Shown here one piece after another: positions 56,974 to 64,000 of a DNA stretch of 64,000 bases. The stretch covers positions 39,195 through 103,194 of the forward strand of contig JANQEA010000072.1 in the NCBI GenBank assembly GCA_028278555.1, written 5' to 3'. Both the position numbers and the translations under genes were made by a program. The notes beneath the pieces are model-generated. The model did not search any database. It saw only the letters and a program-made list of their open reading frames with translations, and had not been told where the DNA came from. The stretch comes from Candidatus Bipolaricaulota bacterium (lineage in GTDB: Bacteria > Bipolaricaulota > Bipolaricaulia > UBA7950 > UBA9294). Positions within the stretch are counted from its first letter, which is position 1. Each line of letters begins with the position of its first letter.

Positions 56974-58002
56974 CTACGGAGTGATCACGGTTCGGACTCC
57001 GGCTCCGAACTGCTGGAGGCGCTGGATGGCGCCATTCACCGTTTCACCGTCGAGCGGGATCGTCTCGGTGACGATACGAGTGAGGTCGAGGCGTCCCTGC
57101 TCGGCGTATCCGAGCAGCAGCGGAAGCTCCTCCAGCAGGTGATCGGAGCAGCCGATGATCTCGGCTTCCCTTCCGAGGATCTCGCGATACGTGTCGACTG
57201 CGAGGTGTCGATCGGTCAGCCCAACGAGGACGGCGCGTCCTCGCGGTGCGAGTGATTGAATCGCCTGGCGCATCGAGTCCGGCGATCCGACCAACGCGAG
57301 CGCGACGTCGACCCCGCGTCCGCCGGTCCGATCCCGGATCTCGCGAACCGGGTCTCCGTCAGCTGCGTTGACGGGGATGGCGTCGAACGTCTTCGCCAAC
57401 TCTAGCCGTTCGGCCTGGATGTCGACGGCATAGACGTCGAGTGCCCCGAAGATCCGCGCCAGCTGGATCGCAGACATTCCGAGCCCGCCGGCGCCGAAAA
57501 CGGCAACGGTCTCGCCGGCTCGGAAACGGCCTTTCCGAAGGGCATGGAAGACTGTTGCCGAGGAGCACATCATGATGGCTCCGTGCTCGAACGAGATCGC
57601 GTCGGGCAGGAGGACCGCGTTTCGGGCCGGCACAACGGTGTATTCCGCGTGGCCGCCGTCGATGTCCTTCCCGAGCATCAAGCCGTCCTCGCAGAACTGC
57701 TCGTTCGACGATCGGCAGTGCGAGCAGTCTCCGCAGGTGATCAGATAATGGAGGCAGACGCGCTGCCCGATGGCGTGCGACGTGACGTTCACACCGATCT
57801 TCTCGATGACGCCGGCGACTTCGTGGCCGAGCGTCTGGGGAAGCGGACCGGTCGCGGCGATCCCCTCCCAGTAGTGAACGTCGGAGTGGCAGATCCCGGC
57901 AGCCTTGATCCGGACAAGAACGTCGCCGTCGCCGATCGACGGAATGGGGACTTCCATCTCCTGGAGCGGCTTCCCGATCTCAGTCAGGCGAACGGCTTTC
58001 AT
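56974..58002 (-). CDS. Zinc-dependent alcohol dehydrogenase (MDR family)
   Basis: GICHSDVHYWEG, structural-zinc CGDCSHCRSSNEQFC, Rossmann VAVFGAGGLG. Confidence 0.85.
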   Translation of the reverse strand: MKAVRLTEIGKPLQEMEVPIPSIGDGDVLVRIKAAGICHSDVHYWEGIAATGPLPQTLGHEVAGVIEKIGVNVTSHAIGQRVCLHYLITCGDCSHCRSSNEQFCEDGLMLGKDIDGGHAEYTVVPARNAVLLPDAISFEHGAIMMCSSATVFHALRKGRFRAGETVAVFGAGGLGMSAIQLARIFGALDVYAVDIQAERLELAKTFDAIPVNAADGDPVREIRDRTGGRGVDVALALVGSPDSMRQAIQSLAPRGRAVLVGLTDRHLAVDTYREILGREAEIIGCSDHLLEELPLLLGYAEQGRLDLTRIVTETIPLDGETVNGAIQRLQQFGAGVRTVITP

Positions 58003-58206
58003 TCGTGACCTCCGAGGAATCGGAGCATACCTTGCTTGTCAGGGGGATTCTAGTCCATCGGATGCGCACCCCGGCACACCGCCCGAAGGACAGTCTCATG
58101 GTAGGCAGACGGGAGCGGTCATGTATGATGCTGGACGTCTTGTCCTGGCAAGTGCGGCCGAGCGAACACGACGCACTCGAAGCGAGATGGAGGAGGATGA
58201 GATCGG

Positions 58207-58404
58207 ATGATCACGGTGGAATGCCTCGCGTGTGGCCGCCAGTTCGAGGTGGAGCCGGACATCCTGTTTCTGGCGAATCGCTTCCATTGCTCGCTCTGCG
58301 ATGCACTGCTCGAGGTGATTGAGGAAGACCCGCTGATTCTCGATGTCGTTGAAGAGGCACAACTCGCCTCCGAAGACGAGGAGGACGAAGACGACGAATG
58401 GTAG
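58207..58404 (+). CDS. LysW-like zinc-ribbon protein with poly-acidic C-terminal tail
   Basis: CLACG...FEVEPD...CSLCDALLEVIEEDPLILDV...EDEEDEDDEW. The layout is as in the amino-group carrier LysW, but the terminus is ...DDEW, not ...EDWGE. GGAGGAGG lies 10 nt upstream. Confidence 0.5.
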   Translation: MITVECLACGRQFEVEPDILFLANRFHCSLCDALLEVIEEDPLILDVVEEAQLASEDEEDEDDEW

Positions 58405-58431
58405 ATCGCCTATCGAGTTGCTTCCGAGAAG

Positions 58432-58965
58432 CTAGCGAACCTCTTCCGTTGACCGGCGGGCGAGTTCCTTCCGATAGCGAACGACCGGCAGCTTTGCTCC
58501 GGCATCGATGAGCTTCATCGTGCCGTCCGCAGCATAGCCCATCGCCTCGTAGAAGCAGCACGCTGCGCCATTCCCTTCGAAGACCCAGAGAACGACGAGC
58601 TCGTACCCCCGCGTTGAGAGCATTGCCTCGGCTCGACGACAGATTTCCGAACCGATCCCCTTCCGCCAGAACGCTGGCAAGAGGTAGATCCCCCAGATCT
58701 CGCCGACGCTCCGGCTCTCGAGGTCGTCATCCCGGCAGGGTCCGATCGTCAGATGGCCGACCGGTACGCCGTCGACTTCGATGATGTACGTACCCCGTTC
58801 GCCAGTTTCGAGGAATCCCCTGAATCGTTTCGCCCTTCGTTCATGATCGAGCGCAGCGAGGAACTCGTCAGGTACGAGGCCACGATAGGCGGCCCGCCAC
58901 GCCTCGATGTGGACGGTGGCCATCGTCGCGGCATCGTTCGGGGTCGCTTCTCGCAGGCGGATCAT
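58432..58965 (-). CDS. GNAT-family N-acetyltransferase
   Basis: LLPAFWRKGIGSEICRRAE (acetyl-CoA loop R/Q-x-x-G-x-G/A), ...FYEAMGY. Confidence 0.8.
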   Translation of the reverse strand: MIRLREATPNDAATMATVHIEAWRAAYRGLVPDEFLAALDHERRAKRFRGFLETGERGTYIIEVDGVPVGHLTIGPCRDDDLESRSVGEIWGIYLLPAFWRKGIGSEICRRAEAMLSTRGYELVVLWVFEGNGAACCFYEAMGYAADGTMKLIDAGAKLPVVRYRKELARRSTEEVR

Positions 58966-59025
58966 CCGCCCACTCTACGGGGCGTTCGGCGGGCGGGCAA
59001 CCTGTGTCGGATTCGAAGGGCAGGC

Positions 59026-59610
59026 TCAATCGGGGGGCGCTTGGGCGGGGGGCACGCGCACGTCGGGCAGCCGCGTGTTCGAATAAGAGAACTGCATCTG
59101 GTGGAACTTCCAGGCTCCGTTGACCCGGACTGCCACTGCGGTGAAGCGAAACGGCCAGACGAACGTCTCGCCGAGCGGCGACTCGAAGAGCAAGTCGGCG
59201 CCGAGACGCGTGATCTCGATCATCTTATCTCGTGGTGACAGCACTTCGTCTTCCAATGTGTTCTTCGTCTGAGCGAGGAACCCGCCATAAACATGGTCGG
59301 TCGGAATGGTCATCGTGGCGGTGGCCGCAGTGGCGAGCCAAGCGACGTCGCCTTGGACGGTGATGTGCGCCCCATCGACATCGAAGACGACGTCCCCCCA
59401 GCCCTGCCAGTCGTCCTCGATCAGCCCACGGACTGCTGCAGTCCCACAGCACCATTCTTGCTCCCCCGGTCTGATTCCCTTGGTCCCGATGACCTCCAGC
59501 TCGTCACTCTGGACAAACAGATCCATGAACCGATCGAGCCTGTCTCTGTCACGGGCCGTGTAGCCATTCTGGAACTCTTGTAGCAGCGCACGAACTTCCT
59601 CGACACTCAT
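59026..59610 (-). CDS. NTF2-fold (SnoaL/DUF4440-like) protein
   Basis: VRALLQEFQNGYTARDRDRLDRFMDLFVQSDELEVIGT... is typical of SgcJ/EcaC-type NTF2-like proteins. Confidence 0.5.
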   Translation of the reverse strand: MSVEEVRALLQEFQNGYTARDRDRLDRFMDLFVQSDELEVIGTKGIRPGEQEWCCGTAAVRGLIEDDWQGWGDVVFDVDGAHITVQGDVAWLATAATATMTIPTDHVYGGFLAQTKNTLEDEVLSPRDKMIEITRLGADLLFESPLGETFVWPFRFTAVAVRVNGAWKFHQMQFSYSNTRLPDVRVPPAQAPPD

Positions 59611-59744
59611 CGGACCTCCTCGTTCGCCGAAGGCGAGCTTACCTCATCGTGTCTTCGCCCGTTTGTGCCGGGCTTCGTGGCGGCGGTTCATATCCGAGTC
59701 AGTGTGGTTGCGCCGTGAGGGCATACAGCCCATCCTGTATCGGC

Positions 59745-60986
59745 ATGATGGAGAGGCGAAACGATCGGATGTATTGGAAGTTCAGAGCCTACGGCTTTCT
59801 GAAGAATCTCCGCTTCTTCGACCCGTTCTTCGTCCTCTTCCTTCGCGAAGCGGAGCTCTCGTTCCTGGCGATCGGATCGCTCTACGCGATCCGCGAGATC
59901 TGCGCGAACCTGTTCGAGATCCCGACCGGGCTGATCGCCGACGCCTTCGGACGTCGACGTGCGATGGTCGCGTCGTTTGCCTCGTACCTCGTTTCGTTCA
60001 TTCTATTCGGCCTCTTCTCGAACTACGCCGCGTTCGTCCCCGCGATGATCCTGTTCGCCCTCGGCGATGCCCTTCGCTCGGGGACGCACAAGGCGATGAT
60101 CCTCGAGCATTTGCGCCAGCATTCGCTCGAAGACCGGAGGGTCGCCTACTACGGCAAAACGCGAGCGGCTTCGCAGTTCGGCTCGGCGCTGGCGGCGCTG
60201 ATCGGCGCCGGCGTCGTCTTCTGGGCCGGGAGCTATCGGGTCGTTTTCCTCGCCTCGATGATGCCGTACGTGCTCGCGTTGTTCCTGATGCTCAGCTATC
60301 CGAAGGGGCTCGATGGACACGTCGAGCAGATCACCCGATCGCGGGCGGCCATTCTCGCTCGGCTTCGGGATACATGCCGTGTGTCGTTTGCCGCGCTTCG
60401 CCGGCCGGATCTCTGGCGAGGATTGCTCAGTGGCGGCGTATTCGATGCGGTCTTCCGGGCGACGAAGGACTACCTGCAGCCGATCCTCCAGGCCCAGGCG
60501 CTGTCCCTTCCGCTTCTCCTGTCGCTTCAGGACGAGCGTCGCGTCGCGATTTTCGCAGGCGCGATCTTCTTCGCGATCCACCTCGGAACGAGCTTCGCCT
60601 CGGCGAACGCCGGAAACGTGCGAGACCGCGCTCCGTCGCTGTCGAAGGCGATCAACGGGGTCTACCTCGCCGGCGCTGGACTCCTCGCAGCGGCCGGGGC
60701 GACTGCGTGGGGCGGTTGGGCCGCAGGAGCGATCGTCGCTTACCTGCTGCTCTACGCGGCGCAGAATGTGCGTCGCCCGATGGTCATCGGCTATGTCTCG
60801 GAGCAGATCGACGCTCGATTGATGGCGACCGGGCTCTCGATCAAGACGCAGCTGCGGACACTCCTCGTGGCGATTCTCGCGCCGATCGTCGGCCTCCTCG
60901 CCGATCGCTTCGGAGTCGGGCCTGCGATCCTGATCAGTGGGGGCCTGGCACTTGCGGCGTACCCGATCGCGCGGATCCGCGGCTAG
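59745..60986 (+). CDS. MFS-type transporter
   Basis: About 12 hydrophobic helices. GLIADAFGRRRAM (MFS motif A-like). The start could be ATG 59745 or 59769. The track ORF begins at 59649. Confidence 0.6.
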   Translation: MMERRNDRMYWKFRAYGFLKNLRFFDPFFVLFLREAELSFLAIGSLYAIREICANLFEIPTGLIADAFGRRRAMVASFASYLVSFILFGLFSNYAAFVPAMILFALGDALRSGTHKAMILEHLRQHSLEDRRVAYYGKTRAASQFGSALAALIGAGVVFWAGSYRVVFLASMMPYVLALFLMLSYPKGLDGHVEQITRSRAAILARLRDTCRVSFAALRRPDLWRGLLSGGVFDAVFRATKDYLQPILQAQALSLPLLLSLQDERRVAIFAGAIFFAIHLGTSFASANAGNVRDRAPSLSKAINGVYLAGAGLLAAAGATAWGGWAAGAIVAYLLLYAAQNVRRPMVIGYVSEQIDARLMATGLSIKTQLRTLLVAILAPIVGLLADRFGVGPAILISGGLALAAYPIARIRG

Positions 60987-61945
60987 GCCGAGGGGCTGGA
61001 ACGGTCGGACGATCCACCCTTCGTGAGGAGGGCGTTCAGGTTCCGGGAGACGACCGAAAGCGTGTCCTCGTCATCGAAGCCGATCCGCAGCTTCTCTCCG
61101 GCGGTCTTCAATGCGGGGTCGTCGGCCTGCCCCGCGAGGAGCGCCCGTGTCTCCTCCTCGGAGATGTCCGGGAGTCGACCGGCGACGGCGACGGCGTCAC
61201 GATTCGCCGGGCAAGAGAGCTGACAACGCATGCAGCCGATGTACGCGTTGTGGACCTCCGTGGGGAGCCAGTCGGGGAAATCCCCGGGGACCTCGTTGTA
61301 GAGCGGTATGCACTTGCCCGCGTCGATGACGAACTCGCTGTCTCGGATCGCCCCGGTTGGGCAGCATGTGAGGCAGATTCGGCACGACTCGCATTCACTC
61401 AGCTGCGCGAGGTCGGTCCATTCGTCCGGGAGCTCGCAATCGGTCACAAACGCAGCGAGCATGAGGAACGAGCCCATCCCTTCGACGTAGGAGATGTTGT
61501 TCCTCCCGTAGCGGGCGAGGCCGCTGCGAACAGCGAGGAGCTTCAGATATCCGTGGGGAAGCCGTTCGAGTCGGTGTTCGGGATTCGGAAGGATCTCGTT
61601 TCGGATGATCGTCGTCAAAGCGTCCTTCGGGAGGCCAAGGCCGTAGTACTGCGGCGGGACTAGGATTTCGTGTCCAATGCCGTCGAGATAGAACGTCGCC
61701 CGCATCAGCTTGACATCCAACGCGAACGCGATGATCGACGGAGCCTCCTCGAAGTCCTCCGGCAACGCATATCTCGCGTGCTCGATGTATTCACGATACG
61801 TCTCGTGCTCGCTCAGTCGACCGTCCTGATCGAGTCCGTCGACAAACGCTTGGAGCTCGTCGAGATGCTCGATCGAGATCGTGCCGTAGTTGTAGGTGAG
61901 GGATACCCCTTCTACATCGGTCGTTCGCGTCGGCCTCACGGCCAT
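60983..61945 (-). CDS. 4Fe-4S double-cluster protein, epoxyqueuosine-reductase (QueG)/reductive-dehalogenase-like
   Basis: CESCRICLTCCPTGAI and CMRCQLSCPAN ferredoxin-type motifs in the C-terminal half. The stop overlaps the MFS stop region. Confidence 0.5.
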   Translation of the reverse strand: MAVRPTRTTDVEGVSLTYNYGTISIEHLDELQAFVDGLDQDGRLSEHETYREYIEHARYALPEDFEEAPSIIAFALDVKLMRATFYLDGIGHEILVPPQYYGLGLPKDALTTIIRNEILPNPEHRLERLPHGYLKLLAVRSGLARYGRNNISYVEGMGSFLMLAAFVTDCELPDEWTDLAQLSECESCRICLTCCPTGAIRDSEFVIDAGKCIPLYNEVPGDFPDWLPTEVHNAYIGCMRCQLSCPANRDAVAVAGRLPDISEEETRALLAGQADDPALKTAGEKLRIGFDDEDTLSVVSRNLNALLTKGGSSDRSSPSA

Positions 61946-62029
61946 CGATCCTCCTTCGCGCTAGGGTCCGAGCAAGGGCTGCACGGCAGCTTGGGCGACT
62001 CGCGTCACAACACCGCAACAGCCCTTGGC

Positions 62030-64000
62030 CTAAAACGGGGCGGCGAACTCGAAGAAGGGAGCGGCTTCCCCGTCGAGCCCGTAGAGCGGGTGTGCGTAGC
62101 CGACGGAAAGGACGATCGAGGTTCCGAGGAAGCCGTCGAACCGAAGCGTAAGCTTCGCCCCCGCCTCGGCCCGGATCCCCGACTCGCAGACCTGTTCACA
62201 GCCACCCCACGTCCGGCCGCCTTGGAGATAGGCGCTGACGATCATGTCCACGAGCCGCGTCAGGTTGAAGATCGCGTACCCGACGTTCCGGGCGAGCGGC
62301 GGCAGGACAAGCTCGCCGCGGCCGTAGATCTGGTAGTGGCCATACGGCGGGAGCGCAAACGCGTGAAGACGATCGAGGGAGAACATGAACTCCGTCGGGA
62401 GACTCTCGAGAAGCGCAGCGCCAGCAGAGGCTGAGAGATCGAGATAGAGAAGATGTGCGAAGCGGAAGCGCTTCAGCCCCGCCCACTCGGCGGTGGCAAA
62501 GGATGTCTCGCTGAACCCGGGGATCCCCGCGCGGAGCGTCACACTGTTGACCATGAAGGACGCCAGCAGATCGGATCGTGCAAACGTCACGGCGACGAAC
62601 GGGATCGGTCGCGTGAGGTCGCCCCGTGCTCCGAGGGTGAGATCGAATTGGTGCGTCGGGTACCAGTATCGGCCGGCCGTGCCGATCTCCGGATGGGTGA
62701 ACCCCCGCGTGTGAATGGTGAACCACGCATCGAGCTTTCCGGAGCCGTCCGCCGGGTCGAGGCCTGTCACCATCGCGACAGTCGAGAGCGAGAGCCACCG
62801 ATCGACGTCTGCCGCGAAAAGGCCGATGAGATCCCATCGAGCGAAGACGTCGTTGAGATCGTCGTACGTCTCGTCCTCGTCGACATGGGGTGTCACAACG
62901 AGGCTCCAGCGGTGATCGTTCCGGAAGCTGCCCGAGATGTTCGTCGGCGAGATGCTGATCACGTAGGCATCGAGCGGCCTTCCGGTGCCCGGATCGTCCT
63001 CGAACCGGAACGGATGATCGACGAGGATCCGCCGCGGGGAATGATTGTTGAATCGGTTCGCGTCCGGGAGCATCTCCTCCGGATCGACGTGCACACGGAG
63101 GACCGGGGACAGGCTCTCAAGGACGATCGTCCCTTCGGCAGCGCCGGCGTGCCAGAGCCGGTCGACGGTCGAGCCGTCAGCGAACGTCACCCGAACCTCG
63201 ACCGGAAGGCCGCGACCCTCCCGTCGTAGGTGAATCGTCGTTGTGTAGACGTCTTTAGACTCGACCGACTCGAATCGGTCGACGGCGATATCGAGCCGCT
63301 CGTCACCGCGTAGCCAATCGGCGAAGAAGGCCGAGAGATCAACCCCGGAGGCGTCCTCCGCCAGGCGCTGGAAGGCATCGACGCTCAGCACCTCGGATCG
63401 CCACCGCTGGTTCGCTTCGACAAGGGCTGTCCGGAGGCTCTCCTGGCCGATCACCGATTCGAGTGCCCGGAGGACGAGATACCCCTTGTTGTAGGTTCGC
63501 ACGGTCTGCCCGTTCAGGTACTCGACTTCGGCGAGCGGCTTGACGATCGCCTCGTCGAAGTCGAGACGGAGCAGATCGACGTAGGGCGCCTCGCTCAGGT
63601 GCTGGCGGAGGTTCAGGTAGCCGTACTGTTCGAGAAGGATGTCCTCGATCAGCCCGGACCCGAGGTGCGTCAGCAGGTTCGACTCGAACCCACCGTACTT
63701 CTCCTCGAAATAGCCGATCGACAGGTACTCCGCGAAGCCCTCGGAGATCCAGTTCTCCGCATTGAAGTCGGTTCCGATGCCGATCCCCCACCACAGGTGC
63801 GCCGCTTCGTGCGCGAGGAGGTACTCGATCAATCGATCGTAGGCGCCGAGCGCGGGCATGTCCTTCAACGCCACGGCGCTCTGGCCGACGAGGATCATCC
63901 CGTCAGCGGCCATCCCGTACAGCCCGGGCGTCGGGGCCTCGACGAGGACGAGGCGACCGTAGCCGAGGGGGCCGAAACGTTCGCTGAACCAAGAGAGGAT
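62030..64000 (-). CDS. M1-family zinc metallopeptidase with long C-terminal extension (5' end outside window)
   Basis: HEAAHLWWG...WISEGFAEY (HExxH plus E). The frame stays open from 63913 to the window edge (ILSWFSERFGPLGYGRLVLVEAPTPGLYGM...), so the gene is partial. Confidence 0.75.
   Translation of the reverse strand: MLSWFSERFGPLGYGRLVLVEAPTPGLYGMAADGMILVGQSAVALKDMPALGAYDRLIEYLLAHEAAHLWWGIGIGTDFNAENWISEGFAEYLSIGYFEEKYGGFESNLLTHLGSGLIEDILLEQYGYLNLRQHLSEAPYVDLLRLDFDEAIVKPLAEVEYLNGQTVRTYNKGYLVLRALESVIGQESLRTALVEANQRWRSEVLSVDAFQRLAEDASGVDLSAFFADWLRGDERLDIAVDRFESVESKDVYTTTIHLRREGRGLPVEVRVTFADGSTVDRLWHAGAAEGTIVLESLSPVLRVHVDPEEMLPDANRFNNHSPRRILVDHPFRFEDDPGTGRPLDAYVISISPTNISGSFRNDHRWSLVVTPHVDEDETYDDLNDVFARWDLIGLFAADVDRWLSLSTVAMVTGLDPADGSGKLDAWFTIHTRGFTHPEIGTAGRYWYPTHQFDLTLGARGDLTRPIPFVAVTFARSDLLASFMVNSVTLRAGIPGFSETSFATAEWAGLKRFRFAHLLYLDLSASAGAALLESLPTEFMFSLDRLHAFALPPYGHYQIYGRGELVLPPLARNVGYAIFNLTRLVDMIVSAYLQGGRTWGGCEQVCESGIRAEAGAKLTLRFDGFLGTSIVLSVGYAHPLYGLDGEAAPFFEFAAPF

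Noticed and set aside
59663-61663. 666-aa plus-strand ORF
   Set aside because: It is out of frame over the MFS transporter gene and antisense to the Fe-S protein gene. It is Arg-rich nonsense. The MFS frame gives regular TM helices instead.

Overview
High-GC bacterial chromosome segment. Bacterial markers are sigma-70 factors, NAD-dependent LigA, RlmN, GroES/GroEL behind a CIRCE operator, EF-P, NusB and tRNA-Pro. Terrabacteria-type traits are present: a complete bacillithiol operon (bshA-bshB1-bshC) and an Asp23/AmaP cluster. About 43.2 kb of well-packed core genes (1-43190) is followed by a roughly 13-kb stretch (about 43190-56600) of visibly lower GC. Hand-counted 60-nt lines give 50-58 % GC there and 60-73 % in the core. 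This stretch behaves like an accessory or defence island, and core-like genes resume to the window end. The island carries a HEPN-like protein, two TIR-domain genes next to a three-TM membrane protein, an MNT/HEPN-like toxin-antitoxin pair, a blasticidin-S-deaminase-like gene, a beta-lactamase-family hydrolase and a duplicated gene fragment. The best candidate for an undescribed system is the divergent TIR / TIR + 3TM-protein cluster at 44675-47674. It has no SIR2, SLOG or Macro partner. Other notable points: an archaeal-type Pus10 translationally coupled to lhr; a purple-acid-phosphatase-like protein with all metal ligands replaced; a methyltransferase and an MBL hydrolase fused into the bsh operon; EF-P with Arg at the modified-Lys position; an orphan LysW-like zinc ribbon; and repeat/hairpin elements around a TetR-ABC operon. 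Many long ORFs in the track are antisense shadow ORFs typical of high-GC DNA and were not called. All family assignments rest on motif recognition by eye; no searches were run.
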